A DNA stretch of 32,000 bases from Candidatus Heimdallarchaeota archaeon (GTDB lineage Archaea > Asgardarchaeota > Heimdallarchaeia > Heimdallarchaeales > Kariarchaeaceae). Within the stretch, counting starts at the first letter, position 1. Each line of letters opens with the position of its first letter. Shown in pieces: positions 8,818 to 18,174 of this stretch. The notes under the pieces were generated by a model. The model made no database searches, had not been told where the DNA came from, and worked only from the letters and a program-made list of their open reading frames with translations. The stretch is from assembly GCA_030149205.1 (NCBI GenBank), contig JASBSB010000006.1:210001-242000 (forward strand), read 5' to 3'. The translations under genes were made by a program, and so were the position numbers.

Positions 8818-9993
8818 ATGCTGATAACCGATACTCTATCAAACGAAGATACAATTTTGCCTCAATTAAGAATAAACTTTGAATATCCAAATGACTGGTC
8901 TGAAAATATCATTACCTTACAAAAATTATATCTCGATAAACATGAGTTAAACTCTCCACCACGTGCGTTCAATGAGACTATTGAACTTTTGAAAAATTAT
9001 GCAAGGACTTCGTTGATGCTGGAAAATGAAAAGAGTATTGAGGCTTTGGTTTGGGCTAGTATTGGATTACTGGAGATATATCTGCTGGCACAAAACCCTC
9101 AAATTACAGAGCTCTTCTTAACCAAAATCGGTTCAGCCATTTTTATCAACCATCATGAATATGGTCGCTGTAAAACAGACCTTTTTTTTACGGAGAATCT
9201 CTGGTATGCCATCAAAAACAGGGTAGAATTTGAAACCGGTCAAGCACTCACTCCTCTTTCACCAGCGTTGAAGGTGGGATTAGTGAGTTCAATCGGAGCT
9301 CTACGTATTTCAATTCAAGTTGAACCTCTTTCTCCTGAAGGACCAACTATGAATATACGAAGGCTACCATCTAAACCAATTACCTTGGAATCATTGGTTT
9401 CTCAGGGTCAGCTTTCAAATAGAATTTCCGAATTATTAATGGATTCGCTAAATCAAAGAAAGAATATTATCATAGCAGGAGAACCCGCATCAGGAAAAAC
9501 CACCTTAGCTAATTCATTACTTTTAAATGTTGATCCAACATGGAGATTAATTGTTATTGAGGATGCCCGAGAACTGATAATAGACCATAACAACCATCCA
9601 TTAACAACCAGGTTCTCTATGCCAAGCGTTGGTGCGGATTCCCGATATTCTCAACGTGCCAATGAAATCGCCAGGCTACTACATAGATCCCCAGATTATG
9701 TGTTCTTGGGAGAGATTCAGAACAAAGATGACAGTCTAGCTACATTTGAAGGATTTGCAGCTGGTCTAAGAGGGATTGCAACAACTCACGGAAAAAACTT
9801 GGAATCTTTATTATCAAGATGGACAAACAGTCATGGAATGCCATACCAATTGCTCAGCTCAATTGACCTGATAGTTTTTACACGTAGAATTTTTCACGAT
9901 GGGAAGATTGATTTGAAAGCTGACAAAGTATATTGTCGAAAAGAAGGAATTAGGTTTGATGGATTTTCAGAGGTAATGGAACTTGGATCTTGA
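8818..9993 (+). CDS. Type II/IV secretion ATPase, CpaF/TadA/VirB11 family
   Basis: Walker A GEPASGKTT, Asp box IEDARE, Walker B PDYVFLGEI, His box ATTHG, and NIRR motif. Confidence 0.92.
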   Translation: MLITDTLSNEDTILPQLRINFEYPNDWSENIITLQKLYLDKHELNSPPRAFNETIELLKNYARTSLMLENEKSIEALVWASIGLLEIYLLAQNPQITELFLTKIGSAIFINHHEYGRCKTDLFFTENLWYAIKNRVEFETGQALTPLSPALKVGLVSSIGALRISIQVEPLSPEGPTMNIRRLPSKPITLESLVSQGQLSNRISELLMDSLNQRKNIIIAGEPASGKTTLANSLLLNVDPTWRLIVIEDARELIIDHNNHPLTTRFSMPSVGADSRYSQRANEIARLLHRSPDYVFLGEIQNKDDSLATFEGFAAGLRGIATTHGKNLESLLSRWTNSHGMPYQLLSSIDLIVFTRRIFHDGKIDLKADKVYCRKEGIRFDGFSEVMELGS

Positions 9994-11173
9994 TAAATAT
10001 TTTCAAGAGTTACCAAATTTGCCCCTAGAGGCGAGGATATTTTTGATCTCAAACATTAGTATAGTTTTGTTCACTGTAACTCTTTTCATTTTTACATCAA
10101 GCCAACTATTCCAGGAATTTAATAATTTCATATTGTTATTAAGTCTGACTTTACTTAGTTTTGGTTTATACATAGGAGTGATCCTTCATTTCGAGCAAAA
10201 AAGGTTAGAACTCGACAGAAAAAGATCTTCTTGGCTCCTAGGTCTTCTGCAAAGGGGAATTCTGTCAAAGGTGATGGTATCACCATCAAATATATGGTAT
10301 CTAGCCACAGTTACGAACCGAATTGACCTCACAAGTTTTAGAGCGAGTGAGCTAGGGATAGAAAAGGTTCAAATCCCTGATGTTGAGACTTTTCCCCCAG
10401 ATTTAGAGTTAGCTGAGCGAGAACTGACTAAAGTTGAGGAAAGATCCTCAATTTTATTGTCGATTGTTGTTTTCATTCCTATTATGTTTGCTTTATTAAA
10501 CATGTTTAGACGAACGGAGATTTATTTGGCTCTTTTGGAGGGTCAGGTGGCATTAATATTTGGAGCTTCACTTTTGTATTATTTCCGTCAGATGACCAAT
10601 TTATCCGGATGGGAGAAAACCGTTTCTAGATTAAATTTACTCAAAGATGATATCATCGTTTTAGGAAAGCGAAATTTGATAAATAAAACAGATATTTTTG
10701 AAAAACCAAGATCCTTAGAAATAGGAATGGAATTAAACAAACTGGAGGGGTCTCCAGCTCTAGAAACCCTTGCAACTATAATAAATATCGCAACAAGCCT
10801 ACCTAGGGAACTAAGAGAGAGGTTTATTGATAGAACTCTTGAAGATTTGAAAGATTTACCAAAGGAAGAAAAGTTAGTTGACATTCGTTGGAAGGCGTTT
10901 AGAGCAAGAGTCATCTTTATGATAACAACCGCAGTCGCTATTGTGGGGTTAATTTCTGGGATCAGTTCATTTATTGTCCCGAAGCTTGTGTTTGCCTCCT
11001 TACCTATAGGGTCAACGCCATATATAGAATTTATCATTTTTACTCTCTCAATAACACTTAGTGGGTTACTCGCTAGACTATGGTTCCAGTGGAAGGAAGT
11101 CATCAATTGGGTAATTGTTTGGAGCTTGGAATTTTGGATTTTTCGCTATTTTGCAATACTGATTCTTCAATAA
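9983..11173 (+). CDS. Polytopic membrane protein, probable divergent TadC/T2SS-F platform partner
   Basis: Overlaps the ATPase stop by 11 nt. Paired TM hairpins alternate with helical soluble domains. The family is assigned from context only. Confidence 0.6.
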   Translation: MDLDKYFQELPNLPLEARIFLISNISIVLFTVTLFIFTSSQLFQEFNNFILLLSLTLLSFGLYIGVILHFEQKRLELDRKRSSWLLGLLQRGILSKVMVSPSNIWYLATVTNRIDLTSFRASELGIEKVQIPDVETFPPDLELAERELTKVEERSSILLSIVVFIPIMFALLNMFRRTEIYLALLEGQVALIFGASLLYYFRQMTNLSGWEKTVSRLNLLKDDIIVLGKRNLINKTDIFEKPRSLEIGMELNKLEGSPALETLATIINIATSLPRELRERFIDRTLEDLKDLPKEEKLVDIRWKAFRARVIFMITTAVAIVGLISGISSFIVPKLVFASLPIGSTPYIEFIIFTLSITLSGLLARLWFQWKEVINWVIVWSLEFWIFRYFAILILQ

Positions 11174-11189
11174 ATTGGAGTCCAATTAA

Positions 11190-11621
11190 CTATAACACAG
11201 ATAACTCAATTTGGGAATACTTGTTATTGGCCAAACTCCAGCATTTTACAGCTGTTGTATTCGAATTTTGGTCAAGTTTCAATATAAGATAATAAAGATT
11301 GGGTACTGAATACAAGAGATCCGTTTTTGATGGAATTGCCTTCCCATTTGGGTGGGAATGGAATATCCCCATCAATTCCAGACCCAATGCCGTTTGTTTT
11401 TCTTCTATTGACAAAAGTTCAAATGGATCAATCAGATACTCAGTCCTAGGTGAAGTTGAGATGTTCTTTACAAATATGACTCGATCTACGATTAGACTGT
11501 CGTCAGGAAACGAAAAAACAAGAGCACACGATTCATTAGGTAGGTTTGTCTTAGATTTATTGACGAGTTGCCGAAATATATGTCTTGGGAGAACAATTAC
11601 TTTTTTTTCTCCATCTCCCAA
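11190..11621 (-). CDS. JAMM/MPN+ (Mov34) metallo-isopeptidase
   Basis: NESCAL (catalytic Glu) and GIFHSHP-x5-PS-x2-D JAMM motif. No upstream ATG; the only start is a TTG inside the GNAT gene. Confidence 0.9.
   Translation of the reverse strand: MGDGEKKVIVLPRHIFRQLVNKSKTNLPNESCALVFSFPDDSLIVDRVIFVKNISTSPRTEYLIDPFELLSIEEKQTALGLELMGIFHSHPNGKAIPSKTDLLYSVPNLYYLILKLDQNSNTTAVKCWSLANNKYSQIELSVL
11585..11621 (-). promoter_or_regulatory. Candidate -1 frameshift / translational-coupling element at the GNAT-JAMM junction
   Basis: Minus strand reads TTGGGAGA-TGGAG-AAAAAAAA-GTAATTGT-TCTCCCAA. The heptamer A_AAA_AAG (11606-11600) is in GNAT frame just before TAA. The 8-bp inverted repeat lies at 11614-11621 / 11585-11592. 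Confidence 0.45.
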
Positions 11622-12025
11622 CTCTTAACTTTGAATTTATTTGAGTTCCAAAATCTCATTCCACCTTCAGTGACAGCTCTAGCTGAAAGAGATTTATTAG
11701 GATAAAGTTCTTCAGCATACTTTACGAGTCTAGATGCTAAACCACTTCTTCGAAAGTCTAATCTGACATAAAGGGACTGCAAGTGTACTTTCTCTCCTTT
11801 TACATCAGTGTCCAAAATCCCGATTAGCTCATGGTCAGTAAAGGCTAGAATAACAGATGTTCCTTGACCATTATTGACCTTCTGATTAATTTCATCCCCA
11901 GAATTTCTTAAAAAATCAGGGACAGTTTCATCTTTGCTGGCAATTAGTGCAAAGTCATATATTGCTCCACTGTCTTCAGAGGTTGCAACTCTCAATGTAA
12001 TTTTCGAGGCATCTAATGGTTTCAT
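11597..12025 (-). CDS. GNAT N-acetyltransferase
   Basis: LYVRLDFRRSGLASRLV motif A; FW..NKF motif B-like end. Confidence 0.88.
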   Translation of the reverse strand: MKPLDASKITLRVATSEDSGAIYDFALIASKDETVPDFLRNSGDEINQKVNNGQGTSVILAFTDHELIGILDTDVKGEKVHLQSLYVRLDFRRSGLASRLVKYAEELYPNKSLSARAVTEGGMRFWNSNKFKVKSWEMEKKK

Positions 12026-12107
12026 ACAATATTAGTAACCTTAAGCTTTATTAGGTTTTATTCATTCTAACCTACAATTCTTCCCATTCAAGCCAAAATT
12101 TCATGCG

Positions 12108-13745
12108 TTAGACTACGTTTGTAATTTTTTTGATCACCAGATCATTACTTAGTACTTCTACTGCTTTGTTGAACCCATGTTCAGTTAATTGGTTTAAGAT
12201 ATCAAATATCTCCAAGACAAATTCAAGATCATCTGAATTCAACATTTCTTCAGCCATTTTTTGAATGGTACCTTCAACACCAAATTTTTTATAATACACT
12301 TGTTGAGACCGTCTCAACCATCTACCAAAGGCCTTGAATGCCTCCTCTGTGGTTCGAGCACCAGAGAATTCCAAGAAGTACTCATCTTTAATTGTGAAGT
12401 CTTGAGAGATCAATTCCAAATTTACATGCCAATCGTGTCTAACACTAGGAAGTTCAAGGATTTCCATAAAATACTCCTTCCAGGTTAGTTCTGGCTTTGG
12501 GTTTAACAAAGTTACAGGTGTGAAATTTCTGTTTTTATCAACAATTATCATTCGTATTCCCCAAAGACTACTTTCCTTAGGAGCAATAAGGAGGTCACTC
12601 ACCAATAATCTCTCCTTGATTTTCTGTATTGTATTACTAAGTAAAAGAACTATAGATGAACGGATTTTGGTTATCTGTTTTGTACGTAAGGCTTGATGAA
12701 TAGCCTCAGAGGGAAGCATGCTTAAAGAAAACATGAGTCGCTCGTCACCTTCCTGTAGGGTTCCATTAGTCCAGAATTCAAGATCAAATGTTTCATTAAG
12801 CACGATGTAAGGGCTTGGATTGCCTAATAACATAGTCCCAAGGTTTGTAATCTCTCCCCTTAACATGTCTTCTGAAAGTTGTCCAGTTAATCGCCACTCC
12901 ACATTACTTTCACGAAAAATATCTCCAAGTATTTCGACCATTACCCTGGTCATTTGTCCCTCTCGTTTCACATGATGTAATAATTTCTCAAAAAATAGCA
13001 TGACTTGTAATATTTTTTTACCCTTAATATCTGTAGATTCTACCAACTGTTCAAACAAAGCCACAACAGCTGGTTCTTTAGATTGACTTTCTTCTTCCTC
13101 CTCTTCAGAGGTAGTCTCTTGATCAAAGAGGTCTAGGGTCTCAATCTCTTTTAAATCATCAAAAGCTGCTAGGAGCTCATCCTCACTGATACCAAACTCA
13201 TTAAGAACATCATCCTCCTGTTTTGGGATCCCCTGTGAACCCAAAGTCTCTAATTCGGAAAATGGGTTAGTTTTATCCAAGATGTTGGGATCCTCCTCAA
13301 CCTTTACCTGAGAAAGTCTTTTGTTTCTTTGTTTTGGTGGTTCATGGACTTGCCACAGTGCCTCAACATCAACTTCTTCTTCAACTTTAACCAACTGATC
13401 GATCTGCTCATCAATTATGTCAATGATCCTAAAATATGACCAGAGATATGGTATATTCTTAAAAATATCTCGATATAATTTTAGATTCTCCTTTGCCTTG
13501 CTGACTGTTGTACTGAACAGAATTGGTTCTTGTTTCCACTCAGTGTATTCATCTAATTCTACAGACTTCTCCTTATGTTTCTTCCTTGGAAATGCTTCTC
13601 TACGCTTTTTCGCATCTGAAACATCAAAAAGCATGTACCAGGCAATTGGGAAAAAAGTGTTTGATGAAAAAGCAGGTAAAAACTTGTTTTCTTTACCTTT
13701 TTTTATCGCAGGGATAGGGTCTTCCCCAATGTAAAGAAAACTCAT
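12108..13745 (-). CDS. Hypothetical 545-aa acidic multidomain protein
   Basis: Long ORF with a TATA-like TTAATAA 22 nt upstream and a central acidic low-complexity region. No family recognised. Confidence 0.8.
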   Translation of the reverse strand: MSFLYIGEDPIPAIKKGKENKFLPAFSSNTFFPIAWYMLFDVSDAKKRREAFPRKKHKEKSVELDEYTEWKQEPILFSTTVSKAKENLKLYRDIFKNIPYLWSYFRIIDIIDEQIDQLVKVEEEVDVEALWQVHEPPKQRNKRLSQVKVEEDPNILDKTNPFSELETLGSQGIPKQEDDVLNEFGISEDELLAAFDDLKEIETLDLFDQETTSEEEEEESQSKEPAVVALFEQLVESTDIKGKKILQVMLFFEKLLHHVKREGQMTRVMVEILGDIFRESNVEWRLTGQLSEDMLRGEITNLGTMLLGNPSPYIVLNETFDLEFWTNGTLQEGDERLMFSLSMLPSEAIHQALRTKQITKIRSSIVLLLSNTIQKIKERLLVSDLLIAPKESSLWGIRMIIVDKNRNFTPVTLLNPKPELTWKEYFMEILELPSVRHDWHVNLELISQDFTIKDEYFLEFSGARTTEEAFKAFGRWLRRSQQVYYKKFGVEGTIQKMAEEMLNSDDLEFVLEIFDILNQLTEHGFNKAVEVLSNDLVIKKITNVV

Positions 13746-13794
13746 AATTTACTTACAACCTTTGTCTTATTAATTTTTGTCCAAGAGAAATGAT

Positions 13795-14661
13795 TTACAG
13801 CTCTTTTTTGCCTTCCCTCCAACTATAAAACCCTTGCCCAGATTTTCGACCTAGTTTGCCCTCTTGCACCATTTTCTTCAGAAGATGCGGAATATCAAAT
13901 GCTGGAGAAACAGACTTAGAATTGATGTATTCTGCTATACTTAACCGCGTATCTAAACCTACATAATCCGTTAGCTCTAAAGGTCCCATTGGGAATCCAT
14001 ATCCTAATACCATTGCTGTGTCAATGTCCTGCGGGGAAGCAACGCCTTGTTCTAGCATCCTAATTGCTTCCAATCCTAACACAACCCCCAGCCTAGAAGT
14101 TGCAAAGCCAGGTACGTCTTTTACTAAAATGGGAGATTTCCCAATTTCTTTCGCAAATTGCATAATTGAATTGATCAATGATTTTGAAGTGAATTTAGAG
14201 GGAATTACTTCAATTAGAGATTTTAAGATGGGAGGATTGAACCAATGCATACCTATAACATTATTGGGAACAGGCAAATCCTCTGTCAGATCAGTTATAG
14301 AAAGTGAAGAAGTGTTGGTTGCAATTGGTGTCGAGGGAAATGTTGATTGAAGTTCTCTAAATAAACTTCTTTTGAGAGAGAAAGATTCTGAGACTGCTTC
14401 AAGTATGATTTCTGGCTTTGAAGAACTTACATCTTCTATTTGTTTAATATAGGTAATTTTTGTTAGCAAATTCTGTAAATTTTCAACTTCACCCTTTAGT
14501 TCCAATCGATTTAACCTTTTTTCTATTTCAATTCTTGATAATTCTAATTGTTTGTCATTTATATCCATTAAAGACACATTTAGCCCCTTAATCAATAGAT
14601 TTAATGCGATTCCTCTACCCATTAAACCCCCTCCAATAATTAGACAATTTTCATATTGCAC
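13795..14661 (-). CDS. 3-hydroxyacyl-CoA (3-hydroxybutyryl-CoA) dehydrogenase
   Basis: GGGLMG Rossmann motif, EAVSE, ATNTSSL, GMHWFNP, PGFATSRL, GFPMGPL, GRKSGQGFY. Confidence 0.95.
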   Translation of the reverse strand: MQYENCLIIGGGLMGRGIALNLLIKGLNVSLMDINDKQLELSRIEIEKRLNRLELKGEVENLQNLLTKITYIKQIEDVSSSKPEIILEAVSESFSLKRSLFRELQSTFPSTPIATNTSSLSITDLTEDLPVPNNVIGMHWFNPPILKSLIEVIPSKFTSKSLINSIMQFAKEIGKSPILVKDVPGFATSRLGVVLGLEAIRMLEQGVASPQDIDTAMVLGYGFPMGPLELTDYVGLDTRLSIAEYINSKSVSPAFDIPHLLKKMVQEGKLGRKSGQGFYSWREGKKEL

Positions 14662-14799
14662 ATACTTCAGTTTTTGGACGGTTTTTATTTTGTTTCTAAC
14701 CTAAACATAACAAACGCCCATTAATTTATACATAGATTATTTTTCACAAACTTCACCGATGAGTTTATAATGTATAAAAGGTAATTTTAAGCTGATAAG

Positions 14800-15747
14800 A
14801 TGGTTAAACTGGATGAGTATATTATTGAATATAATTCACCAAGACAAAAAAAGAAAAAGGTCACCAATAAGCAGATAGTAGAAATAAAAAGTGCTGTGAA
14901 AACTGAAAATTTGCAGAAGCTCTATGAATTACTCTCAGTGGATATAGCTGTTGGACTGACCGATTTAGAGAGATTATCATCAAAGTTAAAACACCTTGCA
15001 CCGAGTAAAAAATTTGAATTGATTGATTCTTTTTTAAGCGGTGATAAATTGTTAGGAAAGCTAATCGCTGGGAAGTTAATGTTACAAACAAAATATTGGA
15101 GCGTATCTGAGAGCAGGTTTTGGGAGATACTACAAAACTTCTTTAATGATTCATTCTGGATGGTGAGAGAAATCGCTGCAGAGTGTTTAGCAGAGGCATG
15201 TATCTGCAACCATTCCTTATTAGAAAAATTTGGAGAGTTCATGGACAAAAAAAGTTTACAGGTAAGAATCGGAACCTCTAATTCGATTAAATATATGATT
15301 AAAGATCAAGAGATACTTCACGACCTTTTCCCAGTCCTTTTGAAATATTTAGATGACCCAAATTTAAATGTTAAAACAAATATTTCTATTTATGGAATTG
15401 GAACAAACGGGTTGAAACATAATCCAGATGATATTCTGAAATGGATTTCACAAATTAAAGCAAAGGTTGAAGATGAAAAAGCCCGTTCGAGCCTGCTTAA
15501 TGTTTTTACGACCCAATACGGTATTGAGTATCCAGAACAAGCTCTAGATCTGGTAGATGCCTTCCTTGATGATCCAAGAGATTTGGTAAGACGTACAAGA
15601 GAATCTGTGGTTCGTGCCTTGTATAATTCAAATTTTGACAGAATCCAAGCATGGTTTAACAGCCACCCTGAACACCCTGAAGCAATGGGGCATTGGGCGT
15701 CTATAGAAGCAGATTACATATCAAATCTAGATAAGGTAAATTTTTAA
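14800..15747 (+). CDS. HEAT-repeat protein (AlkC/AlkD DNA-alkylation-repair-like)
   Basis: Repeated L-x-D-x(3)-VR/VK HEAT units (NDSFWMVRE, DKKSLQVR, LDDPNLNVK, LDDPRDLVR). Confidence 0.7.
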   Translation: MVKLDEYIIEYNSPRQKKKKVTNKQIVEIKSAVKTENLQKLYELLSVDIAVGLTDLERLSSKLKHLAPSKKFELIDSFLSGDKLLGKLIAGKLMLQTKYWSVSESRFWEILQNFFNDSFWMVREIAAECLAEACICNHSLLEKFGEFMDKKSLQVRIGTSNSIKYMIKDQEILHDLFPVLLKYLDDPNLNVKTNISIYGIGTNGLKHNPDDILKWISQIKAKVEDEKARSSLLNVFTTQYGIEYPEQALDLVDAFLDDPRDLVRRTRESVVRALYNSNFDRIQAWFNSHPEHPEAMGHWASIEADYISNLDKVNF

Positions 15748-17004
15748 TTAATCAAAAGGTTTTAGAGGTTTTAATTCAGCTAATTGGTCTGAAAATGATT
15801 GCAACGGATCGAGTAAGTCCTTTTTATTAGAGGAGTGAATTTCATCTTCAGAATGATCGTTCTTTGTGTAAAACGGAACTACTTCAGGGGAGATCGATGA
15901 TAAGTTCATCTTATCGTTTTCTTTAATAATTTGCTTTTGCTTTTCTGCCTCTAAATTTAAAAAGGAGATTATTTTAGATACGAGAGTGTTATATTCCTTC
16001 AGTGTTTTTTTCTTATGCCAGAACTCTATCTCACGCTGTTGATGGTCAATATTTTTTAATTTAGACAGATATCCATCCATTTCCTTGTAGAACCTCCCAG
16101 ATTGTTTGGTAATTTTAAGAATTAGTTTCTTAAGGTTGGTTGCATTTTGGATGGAAGGATCAGACAATGTATCTTGCATAGCGATTAAAAATGAGTCCAA
16201 TATTGATTGAGACAATTTAGGAACTGGGATTTGGTTTACCCCAGAAATAACTTTAAGATTACTAAGGTACACAGTCAGATGAAGAAAATATTTATTCAAA
16301 TGTTCCATGAAAGTAGATCTAGATCCTTCGTCTCTTTCGGTGTTTTGTAGAAAATCAATAATTAAAAGCTCTGCATTAGCAAAGTTGTTGAATAAATCAA
16401 GGGTATCAGATTCCACAGCAAGAATAGTTTCATTAATATCACGAATTTGAGTTAATGTTTCTAATTGTCCGAACTTAGATATTGATAAACTTCTATTAAT
16501 TCCACCTGATCGTTTTGAAAGCAGGTTATTTAGACTTTGAAGCGTTTTGTATCGTATTGATGCCAATGCTGATTCAGCTTTGTTTACCAGTTCGTGGTTT
16601 AATCCTTGAACCTGATAACTTTGTTCAAGGTCTAATTGTTCCTCCCAAAAACGATTTATTTCTTCCAAGGTCAGAAAATCTTTCTGTCTTGAAACGTTAA
16701 GGATTGAAAAGGTTAGTTTCATAACATGGTTTTCTCTAGATCTCAGAGATTTGACTTTTGCAGATTCTCTATTGATTTCATCCCTTATTTGTTTAGACTT
16801 GATTTTTTCAGTTTCTCTCTTACTGGCTTTTGAACTTCGTGAATTATCTATTTTGATGTTAGTATCAATTTGTTTACCAGTTTGCTGTGATTGTTTTGAA
16901 CTAGTACTCCTTAACCCAGTTCCACAGAATCTGCAAAATTTTGCATTCCGTAAATTATTAGTCTGACAATTTGGACATGAAATAAAATCTGAACTATTAG
17001 CCAC
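15748..17004 (-). CDS. Zinc-ribbon + long alpha-helical domain protein
   Basis: N-terminal CPNC-x8-FCRFCG, Ser/Lys-rich linker, then about 280 aa of helical sequence. GTG start with TTATTAA 22 nt upstream. Confidence 0.8.
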   Translation of the reverse strand: MANSSDFISCPNCQTNNLRNAKFCRFCGTGLRSTSSKQSQQTGKQIDTNIKIDNSRSSKASKRETEKIKSKQIRDEINRESAKVKSLRSRENHVMKLTFSILNVSRQKDFLTLEEINRFWEEQLDLEQSYQVQGLNHELVNKAESALASIRYKTLQSLNNLLSKRSGGINRSLSISKFGQLETLTQIRDINETILAVESDTLDLFNNFANAELLIIDFLQNTERDEGSRSTFMEHLNKYFLHLTVYLSNLKVISGVNQIPVPKLSQSILDSFLIAMQDTLSDPSIQNATNLKKLILKITKQSGRFYKEMDGYLSKLKNIDHQQREIEFWHKKKTLKEYNTLVSKIISFLNLEAEKQKQIIKENDKMNLSSISPEVVPFYTKNDHSEDEIHSSNKKDLLDPLQSFSDQLAELKPLKPFD

Positions 17005-17113
17005 AAACTTAAATTTACCTACATGTTAATAAGGGTTAACACTTCAGAACAGAATTTATTCCAAAATTTCCTGAGAATCTTGTAGACTTTATAATCCTAA
17101 GAAGGATTCTATC

Positions 17114-18109
17114 TTGTTGAAAATAGGAATTATCGGGCTTGGATCTATAGGGAGTGTCCTTGCGGTGTATTTAGCTGAAAACAATCAAGTGACAGCAGTT
17201 CTAAAAGATGCTAAATCTGAATTGCATGATGTTTCAATTTATGGGGCGGATGAAAAATCTCAAAAAATAATGATAACCTCTTGGGCAGAACTTCATAATG
17301 ACAGAAATTTTATCGAAGGTTCACAGATAATTTTTGTGACGACACAATCCCAACACACAGAATTGGTGGCTGCAGAGCTTTCAACACTAATTCCAAGCAA
17401 CGTAACTGTCGTAAGTATGCAAAATGGGACAAAAAATTATCAGAAGTTAAGAAAGTATCTCCCACTAAACCCTGTGGTGCTAGGTAGCGTATGGTGGTCA
17501 GCAACAAAGGTAAACGAGTTTCTCACGTATTACCATAGAAAAGCAATAACATATTTAGGGAATCATTCCACCGACAATTTAGCAAAAAATAAACATGTAT
17601 CTGAAGTTTTTAATCAATTGAAGCTGAATTTTGAGGTAGAAATTTCTACCCCAATAGATAAAATCCTTTACCAGAAGTTAGCATTGAATGTTGTTGCGCC
17701 TTGCCTGGCTTTGATGAAACTCCCTTATCCAGAAGGGCTAAATGTGGATGCTATGAGAGAGCTCACAACCTTGGTGTTTTTTGAGGCGCTGAAGGTTTTA
17801 GATGCATGTGCAATTCCAACAAACTCTCCAGATTTACAAAGATTCAAAACTGGCTTGCTTCATCCAACTCTGAATCAAAGTAAACCAAGTCCACATAAGG
17901 TCTCTACACAGATTTCTATTGAGAAATATGGTGGAGAGGGAAGTAATGCTGGTGTTTTGATTGGCGAGATTATAGAATTAGCAGATAGTACCCGAGTGGA
18001 GGTGCCACATTTGAAGAGACTTTTGACGTATATAATTAAACTACAGAGAGACTACTCTCCTTTGACAGAGGAGGATGTTAATAGATTGATAAAGTCAGGG
18101 GAACTATGA
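17114..18109 (+). CDS. Ketopantoate reductase (PanE/ApbA) family oxidoreductase, divergent active site
   Basis: IGIIGLGSIG, SMQNG, KLALN (catalytic Lys). The C-terminal SMxQD..TE motif is altered. Confidence 0.8.
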   Translation: MLKIGIIGLGSIGSVLAVYLAENNQVTAVLKDAKSELHDVSIYGADEKSQKIMITSWAELHNDRNFIEGSQIIFVTTQSQHTELVAAELSTLIPSNVTVVSMQNGTKNYQKLRKYLPLNPVVLGSVWWSATKVNEFLTYYHRKAITYLGNHSTDNLAKNKHVSEVFNQLKLNFEVEISTPIDKILYQKLALNVVAPCLALMKLPYPEGLNVDAMRELTTLVFFEALKVLDACAIPTNSPDLQRFKTGLLHPTLNQSKPSPHKVSTQISIEKYGGEGSNAGVLIGEIIELADSTRVEVPHLKRLLTYIIKLQRDYSPLTEEDVNRLIKSGEL

Positions 18110-18174
18110 GTCATGAATTAATTGAGAATTCTATACCTCAATTATCCTCAGGTTTATATTAATTCAGGATAACA

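Noticed and set aside
462-8820. Identical 14-mer TAAACTCAGATATG at 462-475 and 8807-8820
   Set aside because: Several 14-nt matches are expected by chance in 32 kb of AT-rich DNA, and the two positions relative to start codons differ.
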